Source: Spizellomyces punctatus DAOM BR117
Lineage: Eukaryota
Length of the DNA: 64,000 nucleotides
Strand: one strand, 5' to 3'
Assembly: GCA_000182565.2 (NCBI GenBank)
Contig: KQ257456.1
Shown: positions 39,958-53,605 of the stretch, one piece after another
Numbering within the stretch: the stretch's first letter is position 1
Layout: each line of letters begins with the position of its first letter
Notes under the pieces: model-generated
Databases searched by the model: none
Seen by the model: the letters and a program-made list of their open reading frames with translations, nothing else
Told to the model about the DNA's origin: nothing
Made by a program: the position numbers and the translations under genes

Positions 39958-40436
39958 GTTGATTCGCTCCTTTGTGGTGGGTGCTTATTCGGTGGGTCTA
40001 TGTACACTCTAGCAAAAGCCTGCTGGATGACACTTGTTAATTCTCAAAGGTTGATCCCGCCGCGTGTCTACTGGGACTTCATCGCGACGAACGTCAGGGC
40101 TGACTTGTCATGCACTTTAATCGGATGCAATGCAGATTCCAATGATGCATAGGATGGTCTTTCCGTTGCGTTTTTCATCACCAGGACGTCGATCTTTTGC
40201 CGTAATTCTTTTAGGAACGAACATGGAATACTTTGGGATGTATTCTTCCGATCGGGTTCCTGCCAACGAGTAGTCATTGTCCTTTGTCGTGCGTTCATTT
40301 CCATTGTCGAGTGCGGAGCGGCTGTGCATTTCATATCGCTGTGCCACAACGATCGCTGCTGACGGACAGCGTTTCGTCCTCAAGTCCATGTCCCCCAAGG
40401 ACTCAATCTACCCACGCACTTGACCCACGTCACAAT

Positions 40437-40967
40437 ATGTCAAAGTCTGCAGAGGTATGCGCTGAATGGGACAGACTATTCTCATTTGCAAATTCCCGCT
40501 GTACGCAATGTTGTTTGACGGAAACCAGACTTCATCCCAGGAACACACTGAAGTGCTAACTGCCCTGTCCCGCTCGGTGCCCGATCAAACTGGTTTGCTC
40601 ATTCTGAACGCCGTCAACGGAACAGTGTTGGCTGTAAGTTTTACTCTCCAAAATTGCGAGTCGTCTCTTGGGTGACTGTACATCTGGTTGTGAATGCAAG
40701 TCGTCGGGTGACTTGGCGGACGACCCTGCAACAGCAAAAGATGTGTTTGGAATGATACATGATGCCAGAAAGGCAGTTGGAGCTACTGGAAAAAATGAAG
40801 ATTTACAACGAATAAATGGTAGGTCGACAGTAGTTTGGCATGGATTTAAACACCTATTCAACAGTTGATTCACACATCCATGCACGTCAAAAGTGTCTCT
40901 AGGATCATGTGTGATTGTGATAACAGCAGACGAGCGGCATATATATGCTGTAAAGAAGAACAATTAA
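40437..40967 (+). CDS. LAMTOR4: Ragulator complex subunit LAMTOR4 (roadblock fold)
   Basis: Four spliced exons give ...SVPDQTGLLILNAVNGTVLASSGDLADD...LQRINVSLGSCVIVITADERHIYAVKKNN, matching the LAMTOR4 PDQ.G.L.....VLASSGDL pattern. Confidence 0.75.
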
Positions 40968-41072
40968 AGGCCGTGCGGTTTCGCGTGGTTTTCCCAGTGG
41001 CGCTGGTTTTCGCTAGTTCAATGTACAAATATTTACAGGTATCTCTAAAATCTTCAATAAAAATACGTTTGC

Positions 41073-44000
41073 CTACACCTCTTTGGCAACTTCACATCCT
41101 TCTGCGGGTTGAACTTCTCGTAAACGATCTGCCATGTCCGCGACCTTCCTTTTCTGCCACTTTCTCTCAAAAGGCACCCCAGGCAGCTTTCGCACGATCT
41201 CCCCAATCCCTGCATCTATCCTCTTCCTTCTCTTTTTGCCGTGTATACTCTTGAGATCAGGGATGTGGTCCGCAGGGTAAAGATGAAGATGGGCGTCATT
41301 ATCATCAGAATCTTTCCACAACTCGAGCTCGGCCACCTCGGCGGTAACCGTTTCTTTCTCTGCCATTCCGCGTACTTGATCGATGACAGCCTCCTGCTCC
41401 TTTTCAGCTACTAGGGAGCTTCGAAGGAACACCTCGACTTCAGATGGTCGGCGATTTACAAGAAGATGGGGGAATGGTACCATATTCATCGATGCCACGC
41501 GGCTCGTGGCCGTTGTACTCGCTCCTCCTGTGAGTAAAGGTGCCGGCTGTGACGTTCCTGCAGTGGTAGATGTTGATTGGCTTTCCTTCGGTCTGCTCAT
41601 GTGAGATCCAGTGTCTGTTTCCATCACATTTGATGGAAAGATCAATCCCAGAGTAATAAGAGCCTTCTCTGATTCCGTTCTTACGGCAGGAGAAGCATCT
41701 GTTTCCATCAATGTGAAAACCGCTTCCTGAAGGTCTTTTGATGTTGCGAGAAGGCCAAGTATTTGGGCGCTTTGGATCGCCTCTGCGCGAACTGAAGGGT
41801 GGGCATCGTGGTAGAGGGCACATCGGAGAGATTCATGGACTTGTGGGTCAGTGTTCTTGGTCGTTCCTATAGCTACGGAAGCAGGACTGTGTATTAGTCC
41901 AGGTCACCAACCTTGTGGACTATGAGAGTAAATACCTTTGACCGCGTATGCGCGAACTCGCCAATCAAAATCGTCGAAACAATCCAATAGTGCGTTGACA
42001 AGATCTCGGTTTCCGGATGCAAGGATGCAAGCCAGCTTCAATTCACGACAACTGACAATTTCAACCAAAGGGTTAAGCAGCGCAATCGGAGCAGTTCTCT
42101 TACCTTGCACGCTTCCACCCTCACAGTGGCGAACTCATCGCGAAAGCAAGCCAGGAACTTATCAACCGCGTTTTCCGTGACAACCCCTAGTCTTGTTAAT
42201 GACTTGAGAGCGTCGATTCGTTTCAATGGGTCGGGTGAGCTCAGTAAACCCACAATCCAGTCCAGGATATGCTGTCCTTTGCCGAGTCGTCCTAGAGAGG
42301 CAGCAGCAGCGTCACGGACTGTACTATTCCAGTCGTTCCACATAAGGCGGAGGAGTGTTTCGACAGCGGCTTTCACTTGGCGCCGCAGCGTCTGAAGTTG
42401 CTCTCTCCGGGCAATTTCCATGGGGTCTTCTTCCCCCATGGCTTTATTAGATGCGCGAGTGCTTGGACGCGTTGAAGCGCTAGAAATACGAGCTGAATCG
42501 GGTATCATCGATGCTTTGCGGCTGGAGATTCTGGTTTCTGGCGGTGGTTGCTTGGGCTGTTCAAGTGTCAACTGAGACAGCTTTCCCACCCAGCACTCAA
42601 GCAACTCTATAACATCCTGCCGGACTCTCCAGCTAGTGCTGTCAGCGTCACTCAGCAATGCTTCCAGTAGTTGCTCAGCATGACTTAAATCCATCATCTC
42701 TAGACATTCCACTGCCCTCCGTCGCGTCACAGTGTCGACATCACCAAGCTCCCTCCTCAGCTCATCCAAAACCGCAGAATCCACAATCCCCATTGTCGCC
42801 AATGTAACCGCTGCCAAGGCCCGCTCAGAAACGCCTCCATCTTTCAACATTTCGCCCAAGGTTTTCCGGAAAGCAATGCCTTCCCATCTCCCTAGCGAAT
42901 GATGCGCATCCAGAGCAATGAGCAATCGGGAGGCTTCGAAGCGGAGGGGGCGATCTTCCTCCTCTCCTAGTGCAAGTATAAGAGTCTTGCAGAGTGCTAT
43001 GTACCCGGGGGAGTCTGTCGGCGGTATTTGTTCAAGGTTCGTGTATGGCGTTTCTAGGAAGTCAGTCAAAGTTTTTATTATGGGCGCTGAAATGGAGGGC
43101 TCGTGTGATGTTCTCTCGGGGGCTGCTTCCACCTTGGATATTGGATTCTCTTTTGCCCTGCGTTTCACTGGAATCGAGAAGATTTCAGTTTGGCAAGTAA
43201 CCACAATAATTGCACCACACGCAAGTGAAGTTATTTCAGTTCGTGCCTTACTTACGCATTGTGGTCAACCTAGCTACAGAGAAGGACGGTAAATCCGATA
43301 GTACAGCAGGCTTCATATTTGACTTGACGGTTCGGAGAAGCTGTGAAGCACCGAAAACCGAGCTGCGTCTTCTGGTAGGCTAAAAGTGGGCTGAGTGGAC
43401 GTCCACAGACGCGACAACGAGCGCACGTCGCGCGCATGCCTGTACTCACTTTACCGAGTGCTTGAAGAAATTTCATATCTCCATCTGTAGACAGCGATTT
43501 AGGTAGTTCCGTTCCCGGAGGCGCAGGTCTGGATGCATTCGGCCTCAGTTGGAGGGAGTCGTCAGTTACCGTAGACGTATCGTCGTCATCTCTGAATTCT
43601 CGGACATCAGGTATTACGAGCCGTATCCCTCCTTGATCGTCCGCACCGATCGTCCCGTCTGATGCAGTTAGCAGTCGGCCTTCCTCAGCGGCTTTCATGG
43701 CCTTGTGCCATTGTCCAGGCGCGTATGCTCGTCGTTTACGTGGCGGTACCCGTCGCAGTAGGATGGATCGGCCTGATCCAGAGGACCCTCGAGCATAGAC
43801 ATCACTTACCCGCTCCCTACTTTCGAATTCTGCTCCTGTGAGGGTGATTCGCACCAAGGCGTCCACATTCCCATCTGTCAAAACAGTTTGAGTGGGATCC
43901 AATCCTTCTCGTGTCAGTTTTTTTAAGAACCTGACGGTTGAGTGGGAGAGGGTTTTTTCCGGCATTTGTGGGGTGTCGCGGTTAGCTATCGAAGACCTCG

Positions 44001-45129
44001 GCCGATCCGATTTCTGGCTGGATGTATGACCGGATGGGGACTTGGGGATGACTGAGCTCCGCCGTGTAGCAGACCTAATGCTTGGTCTACCATGTGTGAC
44101 GCGCTCATTATCAGCCGAAAATACCCGTCGTCCCGCCGTTGACGGTCGCGATCCTGGTCGTGATCCCATGGAAAAGCGTCCTGATTCAGCCAAATCTTGC
44201 AGTTTGGTATTCAAACTCCGACGGGCGTCTGCAACTCGTCGTGCTTCGTCCTTTGCGTATCCGCTCACTGCCGCCTGTAAATTGATACCCTCTGCGCGCT
44301 GCCATACTTCCAGCATGAAGGGAACATTCCGAGTTGAAAAAGATTCGGAGGGCTTAAGAAGTGGCCTGTCTGTAGTTGTTATAATTCCGTTGCCGACTAG
44401 CTGTTCTAGATCAAATGCAGACCCCAAAGTGTCTGAATTGCCAAAATTGACAGGAAGGGATTTAGGTATCCTCTCATCAATCCTGCGAGTTGCCGCGCTG
44501 TCTCTTTTCCGGACGACATTTTGAAGCCAACTACTTTTATGCATGGTTTGATTTGTGGTAGTAAGATCCACATCCCGATCACGGGTCTCAGCAGATCTGA
44601 CGTTTACTGGCTCGTGGAACAATTCCTTCTGCCCAGACCCAACGTAGTCCCCCATTTCGGCCCTCACTTTGTCATTCACACGCAGCTCTAATTTTGTCTC
44701 CTTCAAATTCTGCTCGACCTCCCTTTCTTTTTCAACCACCGCAAGGGCCGCACGATATCCTTTCACAACATGCACTTGGGCTTCCAACGCTGGCGGGAGC
44801 TTGGGGGGCTGTCGTACAGCCTGGAGCTTGCTTTCAGCAATATAAGGTAGGTCGATAGCCGCGGCAACAGGATTATGATGTTTCCGGTTCACTTCAATGT
44901 TTCCTCCGGTTGCTATCATGGGTGCCCCCAGACTTTGTACCCTCCGTCTAAGGACTGTGTCCATAAGATCTTTCCGATGTGGACGGTGATATTCAGCCTC
45001 AATCGGATTTCTTTCCTCGGCATTTTGCAGAACGATATTCCGGTATCCTCTGGGCGTATGAGCTATACCCAGTACGGCACGGTCTACCTTCGGTGGTGAC
45101 GGAGGACGTACAATGACTGTTTCTCGCAT
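41073..45129 (-). CDS. HEAT-repeat protein with long disordered N-terminus (HEATR4-like)
   Basis: HEAT repeats LMWNDWNSTVRDAAAASLGRLG, FLACFRDEFATVRVEACK and DFDWRVRAYAVK. Confidence 0.7.
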
Positions 45130-45287
45130 TTTTGCGGTGATTTTATTTTTTAGCAGGTTGCCGACACCGATAGTCGGTAATTGTCCAGATGTGGCTTGTA
45201 GCCTTACGTAACCATTTTACGCGCGACTCACGACTGGCCGATCGTTTTGGTCTTTGCTTTCCACAAATATTTCCTCTAGCAGACATT

Positions 45288-48102
45288 ATGTTATGCGCCG
45301 ACCCTCCAGAGGTTAAAAATGAATGTCAGTCGTCATGTCACTGTGAAGATCTTGTACAATCTGCCGAGACCTTGGGTACAGAAACAAACCTGGGGTCACC
45401 GATCACACTAGAAGGATACTACAATGATCGTGGCGAATTTCAATCAATGGGCCAAGAGACGGATGAACTGACTAGCTGCATTTCTGGCGATGAAAGCGAA
45501 AGTCCGGATGCCCAGGAGCTTTTATTTCAGATGATGGCAGAATTGCAGAGAATACAAGGGGTGCTGGAACCCGAAGCCTGCACAGATTTCAATCCGACGG
45601 ACAGTCCTGGCCGCGCGGGTTGTAAGCCGGATGAACATGTGCGCGCAAGATATAATGATGATCATGATGATGTCGTTCTGATGGATGTTGATGAGGTGTG
45701 GCAAACAAATGGGGAATGTAAAACAATCACCAGAAGCCTCATCGGTATTTCATCATGTTAATAGCAGGTAGATTTGGAAGAGGTTAACCTTCCACCTTCG
45801 TCGACGAAAGCAAAGCGGGGCCGTCAGCTATCATCCACCCCTAAGTCTTCACAAAATCACCGCCGAATGATGGAGGCGGCTTCCAAAAAGAAAAACGTTC
45901 TGGAAGCCATGTACAAAGAGAGAAGCAAGTGCGTGGGTCGTGAGGAGTCATATGATCAAAAACAAGATGTTCTAATGCAGTTCATATAGATGCCAAATAA
46001 TAGAGAAAGAGCTCCAAGCCGTCACATCCAAAGTAGCTATTCGCGCAGACATACTACAGTGTGTAGGCGATGTATGGTCACGATCTCTAGAAGAAATGAA
46101 ACTAGAAAGTGAGTCTACGAATTTTCCGGTGTATATTGATGTTTTCTGACCTGATCGATCTGTCATGCATCGTATACCACCAGAAGCACAATTATCTACT
46201 CGTATCGAACAAATCCGGCACAACGTGCAAAAACTTTGGCAATATGTTCAAGCTCCAAAGCCGGGAAATGCTTGTAAGAGACTCAAGGAACAAGCGAAAA
46301 TCCTCTGTTTATGCTTAAGATACACCCGACAGACATTAGCTCGCTAAAGCAGCTTATGGAAACGATTGAGGCAGGCATCCTCGTATTCAAGAATACTGAA
46401 CGAGAAAGGTAAGATACACAACTTTTTGCCCAAAATCGAATATCGCCCATTGAGCAACTGCTCTTGTTCCACGAAAGATACGAGCAGGTGTTACAGCAGG
46501 AAAAAAAGCTGACACAGGAGTTAGCATGCGCGGAAGACCATATCAACTCATGGGGCCAACAGCAAGACGAATCAGCAACAATTACGCAAGGGAAGGATGG
46601 CAGATCTCAACCCAAACGTGCGGCGGCTAACAATGTGCACACCGAAGGCACTTTACTCCCTGAGGCGATCGCTTATCAGGTACCCATGTTGGAGTAAGCT
46701 TGGTTCAATGTTCACTGAAGACTCACGCAATCACCTATTAGAACTTTCTTGCGCGACACGGTGGCCCTTATGGAGGATGGGAGGATGTTACTCACAATGC
46801 ATTTGTGAAATTGCGACAAAAGCACTTTGTAAGCTTGCAGTAACTCATAAAGGCAGTCTCTTCAGTGTAAGAGATCCTCACTTTCTTTGCAGTCAAACAC
46901 CAATGCCTTCCTTCAAGCCTGCGTTTCGAAACTGCCGGGCATAACGATTGAGATGGCTTCGGCTCATGAAGCTTGGTACGAAAGCTTTCTCCGAGTCAGC
47001 GAGGAAAGGAAGATGGCCATCGCCAGGTGGAAGCAAAGTAAAGCGGTAAGCACATATCTCGCGGTCAATACCCGCATGATGTGCTCGAAACAAGATTTTT
47101 GACCAGAAATGTGTGCTTTGCTGCAGGTATCAGCCGAGAAAAACGTCCAAATGAAGGCGGAAACAGAGTCTGGAAAGAAGGAACGTACAAAAGGCGACAC
47201 ACAGAGAAATCGCGCAATGCGAGACAGGCAAAAGGAGATTCTTGCGTGCTGGAAGGTCCGCATTGAAAATGGTTCTTCGATTGAACGCTGCTTCTAACCA
47301 CGGATGACTCTACCAGAGCCAAAAACAGGCCGAAAAAGAGGAGGCTGAGCGAATAAAACAAGAAGAGCTACAACGAGCAAAGGAAGAGCAGAAGAGATGG
47401 CGTGAGGAACAGGTAAGGTTGATAATTCACTATTCCTAAACCTTGAGTGGAATCTCAAATGAAATACATGATCCATGGCAGCGAAACTTGCGTGATCGGG
47501 TGTCTATCTATGTGCAAAAACGCAGTGAAACTCGAAGCCTTCAACAAAAGCTAGACGAGGAAGCTGAAAGACAGAAAAAGAAGTTCACCTCCTTATTAGT
47601 TGCGGAGGAAGCTAAACGACTGGCCCAAAAGGTGCCTTGTGGCAGTGTGACGTGATCGTTCAATTTCAAGCTCCTCCCAACTGACGAATGATCTCTTTAC
47701 TAGAATGCAGAACTTTTGCAACAGCGACGTGAAGCGGTCACCGCGAGAGTAAAGAAGGAAGAAGAGAGGACTAAACGCTTGGAGAGACTTCGAGAACAGG
47801 TACAAAGCCCTGGCATGATACCACATCGAAGAAACTCATTAATAATATCGTAAAAAGGTTGCTGTCGACGTACCGCGAGACCCTTCACGCATTCTTCGAC
47901 CAACCGAAGCATTCCAAAACAAGGTCGAGGGACCCCATGAGGATGCGACTGAAAAGGTCAAGGATCACTTCAAACCGGTTATACTACCTAGAAGGTAAAG
48001 TGGCCTCTGTATTTGTGCATATCATGCCTTTATTCTTCCTCAGTTAATGATTCGCCATCTTTGTGGTTCAGACATATCCCAGATTGGAGGCGAGGATTGT
48101 AA
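45288..48102 (+). CDS. CCDC112: Coiled-coil protein, CCDC112-like (centriolar satellite/cilium associated)
   Basis: HGGPYGGWEDVTHNAFVKLR, AHEAWYESFL...ERKMAIARWK, RDPSRILRPTEAF and terminal IPDWRRGL. Confidence 0.7.
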
Positions 48103-48933
48103 ATAAGACGAAGGCTATGTAGATACATGTGTGAATTTAAGAATCCATAGTTTCCTAATTACTCTCCGCATATACGAGCGTAGGCTACTGCACAGCCATC
48201 TGCTCCACTCCACCTGTCCCACGATCGCATATCGACGGTCTCAAGATGGCAGCTTACCCAATAGTGAAGCTCCCCTTGCGATCAAATTTAAAAAGTAATA
48301 CAGTATTATACCGCCTCATCACTCCCCCCAGCATCAACGACTGAACGACTGTCAGATAAGATCAAGAAAGTGGACATTGAAGGCAAAAAGAAGAAAGGTA
48401 CGTCTGGGGCCTCAATCCCTCCCGGAGCAACTCAAAAGGCCACTCAACAGAAGGGATGGACTTCGCAACAACGCTCTTCCTCCTCTTCGTGCTCCCTTCT
48501 CCCCTAATCCATTCTCTTCATCCAGTCGCTTGAAGTCATAATGACCCAAACATACATTCTCATCGCAACCTGGTGATGCAACCACCATCAACAACCTGGC
48601 GAACACCAGATCATGGGCGGATTCCCGCCTCGTTTCCTCCTAATTCTTCATCCGTAGCCCCATGTATGATACATATATGCTGCGTCAGACAGGCTTTTTT
48701 TGAAAACTGGTTTCCGTCGTGACGGTTGTTTTAGATGGCGATCGCCAGTGCGAAAGAGATGAAAAGTCAAAGCAAAACGCTTGTTCTGTGCTCCTGCCCT
48801 GCCAAGAGTGTGGCTTGGTTGATGATTTCACCCGCGAAAACTTCAATTCCCGCAATTACCCAGCTGCTTCTCTCCAAATTGCGTTTTTCTTTTTGACCAT
48901 CCCTTTGAACCTTCCCGCCGATCGCTCTCAACG

Positions 48934-50137
48934 ATGCCCACCCTGCACGACATATATCATCAATTAGAGCTGCCACATTTGGTAGACCACGGGCATATCA
49001 TTTTGGCATCTGCGATCGGCTGTCAATTCATATACTGGATAGGTTATTATCTATCAGCATGGTCGGGGAACAAGCACTTTGCGGCGCTAAGTCCAATCAA
49101 GAGAGTGGATTGGGGCCTTCATATCGTTTCTACAGTCCACGCTGTTGCCATTTGCCTCCTTGCTTTTCCCATCTTTGGCGAACCGGCGTTGCAGAAAGAT
49201 AAGGTTTATGGTTACGCGCCGAAAGCTGGAGACGTTTATGCGATTGCAACCGGGTACGTTTACCTGAATGTTTGTATGGGCGTGAGATGCAGAAAGAATG
49301 CATGGAACCTGCAGTCATTGCTAGCCATCAACGTGCGGATACGGGGGCATATTGGTCCACACACCGTGATCCTTGGTTAATGTCGTCCCTTCCCTACCAG
49401 GTACTTTCTTTGGGACACTATAATATCCCTATACTACATCGCGCAGTTTGGTGTCGGATTTGCGCTTCATGGCTTGGCGTGTTTGACTGTTTTTGGTCTT
49501 TGCTTCGTGAGTATATTGGGTAACTTTGGGTTGCCGCGAGAGCGGACGGTAGAAGTTAACCGCTGTCTTCCTTTGTCAGAGGCCCTTCCTTATGTACTAT
49601 GGTGCTGTATTCCTGATGTTCGAGCTGAGGTAAGTATTATCGAATGACTCGTTGCTTCCACATGTCTAAGACAGCCCCTTCTTTAAGCACACCTTTCCTA
49701 AATGTCCACTGGTTTTGCGATAAAACCGGTCGAACCGGCACAAAACTCCAACTAGTGAATGGGATGATTCTTCTTACTGTCTTCTTCTTGGCCCGCATCT
49801 GCTTCGGCTTTTACAGCTCGGCTGATTTCTTTGGTACGTGTATCTCTCTTTTCCCAACTAGCTGGGCTTTGCTCCGTGGCTCAATTGGCTTTCCTTTCGC
49901 ATTGTAGTCACTGTCTATCATCGACGTCACGAGATTCCGACTGTGAACATCGCGGTTTACAGTATTGCCAATATCTTGCTCATGGGGCTCAATGTGCTCT
50001 GGTTTTCAAAGATGATCAGGGCAATTAGAAGTCGCTTCTCATCCAAGAATGAAAAGCCAAAAGCAAGACATATAAACGGCGTGCGCAAGGCCAATGGAGT
50101 TAATAAGTCAGCCACTCTTTTAGATAAGGATAGATAG
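48934..50137 (+). CDS. TLC-domain membrane protein (TMEM56/TLCD4-like)
   Basis: DWGLHIVSTVHA, GYFLWD, FLMFELSTPFLNVHWF, FFLARI and LNVLWFSKMI. Confidence 0.88.
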
Positions 50138-50285
50138 CGCATATGGCGCTGGTAGTTTTCTTATAGTAAGTTTTTGAACCTTGTGGCATATCATATATAC
50201 TCTTAAAGGAATAGATGGGCATATTCACATTCGAATGGTTTTGACTGTCACCGAGATGGAACACCTCGCAACAATTAAGAACGTG

Positions 50286-51917
50286 TCACGGTGAATCAGT
50301 ATCGTCATTAAGCTCAACATCGTCATATCCGATGAACTCCAGATCAAGTTCCTCTTCACGACTCGGTCTAGATCCCGCGATGGCATTCACAGGGTGAAAA
50401 CCGTACAAACCCCTTCCTGCAGCTACTAGTCTCGTATCCTCATCCTCCTCATCCTCGTCTACACCTTCCTGAAAAGGTCCTATCGTCTTGCGTGTTTCTG
50501 CTCTATGCTTCTTTCTCATGTGTCGGATCCGCAAGTAATTATATCCAGCAATTCCCGAGATACTAATGATAAGCCCTACTATCTTGTTCGCCGGAAACTC
50601 GTCCCCAAACACCTTTGCCGCTGCAATAATAGTAATGATCTCTTTGAAGATTCCAGCAATAGAAAATGTGACAACGGATGTGGTTGAGATCAGGAAGAAT
50701 TCACTCACAACCATTAAAAACGCAATGAATCCGCCCAAGCATATTGTGCCTAGTATACTGAGAGTCGACCCAAATGTCGCAAAGAACGGTGATTGAAAAA
50801 CTGTGGGGATGCCTTCCATGACGGAGCATGCAATCAAAAGCGACAGCGCCATTAAAGGAGCGAGGAATAGATTTGTAGCCAACGGATTATTCATCCCCAT
50901 TGATTCGCGTTCCAGGAGCATCTGCGTCAAAGCCCAGCGTAAGCCTGACAATACCGTAGCAATCTGAACCTCCACATAACCGGCCCAGTTGAATTCAGTC
51001 TCATTAAGGACCATGAGAAACACGCCGAAGCAAATGACGACTATAACGCCGCTCAATGTCCACGTCGGCCTCTCCAACCCGAATAGGAAAGCAAAAAGGA
51101 GAACAAAGACGGGTGCTCCGGATTTCACCATTGTGTAGAAGGAGAGGGAGATGACCTGATATACTTGTCAGTGCCTTGATACGTCGCACATACCGATGTC
51201 ATCCTCTACCTTTAAACTACTATTTGACAAACCGATATCCATGCCCGTTGCGACACCACATGGCAAAACCTTCGTAAAATAATCTTTCACGGCAGGATGC
51301 CGTGCTGGACGCATTCGCGGCCATATAAATGCGACCGCCACACCAGATAATGTAAACTCTGGGCGAAGCAAAATCGCAGTACAGATCAGTTGTCCGACCA
51401 GAAGGATCAAAAATAGTACTGTTTTAACTTACGCATAATCATGTGTATCATAGTCGTAAAGAGGGGGAATTTAAAATTGTAGTGATCCTCCGAAAAGAGC
51501 CATTTGTTATATAATGACAGCACCAGAGACGTGGTATACCAAGCAAGAATACTACAGAGAGATACATTGGTTAAGAACTCAATCTGGAGAAACAGAAATC
51601 CAAAACGGGCTGACACAAAACCCACCCACCCACACTCACTAGGAGCCTGCCACCAGAGCTTTCCTCATCCATGCCTTCGCAAAACTGTCGGACCCGCCGA
51701 CATCATTCTTAAAGATCCACCGTCGAGCAACTAGCATATAGTTCTGCCACGTATCGCTTATCGAGTTCTCTTTCCAATGTGGTGTTGCGGCTTCTACCTC
51801 TAATGCTTCCCGAAGATCATGTGATGTGGGAAGGAGTTCTGCCGAATCTCGAACGTTAAGGCTCTCCGACGACCATCTCCGGTCGTCGTCCGAGCCCGCG
51901 ACAGAATGCGTGGACAT
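50286..51917 (-). CDS. Triose-phosphate/nucleotide-sugar transporter family protein (SLC35C2-like)
   Basis: WYTTSLVLSLYNKWLF, FKFPLFTTMIH, PCGVATGMDIGLSN, FYTMVKS, SGLRWALTQ and FSIAGIFKE. Confidence 0.88.
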
Positions 51918-52214
51918 ATGCTCGTGCGTTGGCGATTATAAAGTGTTCGTCGGGGATGACGGGCCCGACGTGGGCATGTCGTTCTGGACAGGTGCGGCAG
52001 ATCGTTGTTTCAAGAGGCGAACGCTGTGTTTGTGGCAGGAAGTGTCACGTGACAAGGTGATGCGGAAAACCCAATCTGAATTTCAGGATTCTTTAGATGT
52101 CTTATTTTTCAATGTGGACGCAAGTGTAGGTTTGGTATATGCATAGGCTGCTCTATAAGACTTTGGTCTGGTAGAAGGAGGGCAGTTACTCTGTTCCCGC
52201 TGAGGTGTAGCTGC

Positions 52215-53287
52215 TTAGAAGATTATACATTTCATTAGCATCACGTAGATTGATAGGATTTCCTCATTGATTGTTGCACCTGATCGATGAATTGACTTTC
52301 TTTCACTTTTCAGCTTCGACTTCAAGGTCTGCAACAGCTGATCCATATCAACAATCTCTGACGGAGGCCAAGAATTACCGGAAATGTGTCTATGGCCAGG
52401 GCGAGAAGAACGCGGTAAACTTCTTCCGCCATGTGCGCTCCCTTTAGCACCGCCACCATCAGACGCCGACTGTTTCAAAGTCAATCTCAGTTCACTGAGA
52501 TAATCGTCCAACATGTGTTTAAAGTCACGTTCGTGCTGTCGTAATGCCATATCCATCTCTGCTTCAATGTAAGTTTTGAGACGATCATGGACCTCGGGGT
52601 AAGGGATGGAATAGGGCGCCACATCTCGAGGGTTATGATCATTTGACTCCAAGAGTTCCTTTACTTCGCGTTGCAGTGCATCAAGCTCAATACACATACC
52701 GTCCATACGCTGAGAGATCAATTCTGCATCGCAAGCAATATCATGAGTTACTAAAGAGCTCGCATATGGTTTCTCGTGCTGTCGCGTTGTGGGATCGGGA
52801 AGCCCCTCTGAAGTCAAAAGATGTTTGATCTGAGGTCTTCCTGTAAGTTTTTAGAATCCCACACATCAGCATTTTGCTTACAAACCTGTTTGTGAAGACT
52901 CTCTACCGTTGCCTCCAATCGATCAATGTTCTTCTTTGGTTCTAGCTCCAGTTCTTTGAATGAAACTTGATTCCGCTTCTTGAGACGCGGTCTAGGAGTG
53001 AACGATTGGGCAGGCAGCGGTGCACGGGCTGGCAACGATCCATTCTGACTTGAAAACGTCTTGTTTTTGTTCTCTAATGCGCTCCGCGTCGAAACAAGTC
53101 GTTGGTTCTCCACCTGGTGAATTATGCTTCCAACGTCAGAAGATAAATCTACGTTGAGCGTGGCGTCAAGCTGCTCCTGCCGAGAAGTTCAGTAGTCCGC
53201 AATTGAGGCGCACTGAAAATATCATACCCTTACCTCAAAGTCCCGTACTGACCTCCATAATGGGTGTAGGTCTTCATTCCCGAACAT
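52215..53287 (-). CDS. Hypothetical coiled-coil protein; boundaries uncertain
   Basis: Open exons 53113-52814 and 52817-52215 with heptad-like segments. A putative first exon MFGNEDLHPLWRSVRDFE splices in phase 0. Confidence 0.5.
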
Positions 53288-53605
53288 CTGTTTTCACCTT
53301 TCGACACGCTCTCGGCCAGATAGGCCACGAGTCTTACGTGACCAGCTGTTGGTATGACAACTATTCGGACATATCGGACAAAGAATCTGAGCTGGATAGT
53401 GAGATCTGTCGAGGAATTCCAGCAGCAAACAACCTGCCTACAACGCCTGTAACGCAACAATGACCCCTCCCAGAGTTGAGGATTATGTCGCGCGTCCTTT
53501 GGAAGTCATTTATGAGCTTATCGATCGTACGTAGGATGGAGCAATGGCCTTCTGTTGACGGAAAATCTCGGTTTAATATGTCTTCATATGTTTGTAGAGA
53601 GTAAC

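Noticed and set aside
40068-40398. Overlapping 93-aa minus-strand ORFs between PRE1 and LAMTOR4
   Set aside because: No domain signal, and they sit in a divergent promoter spacer. Likely chance ORFs.
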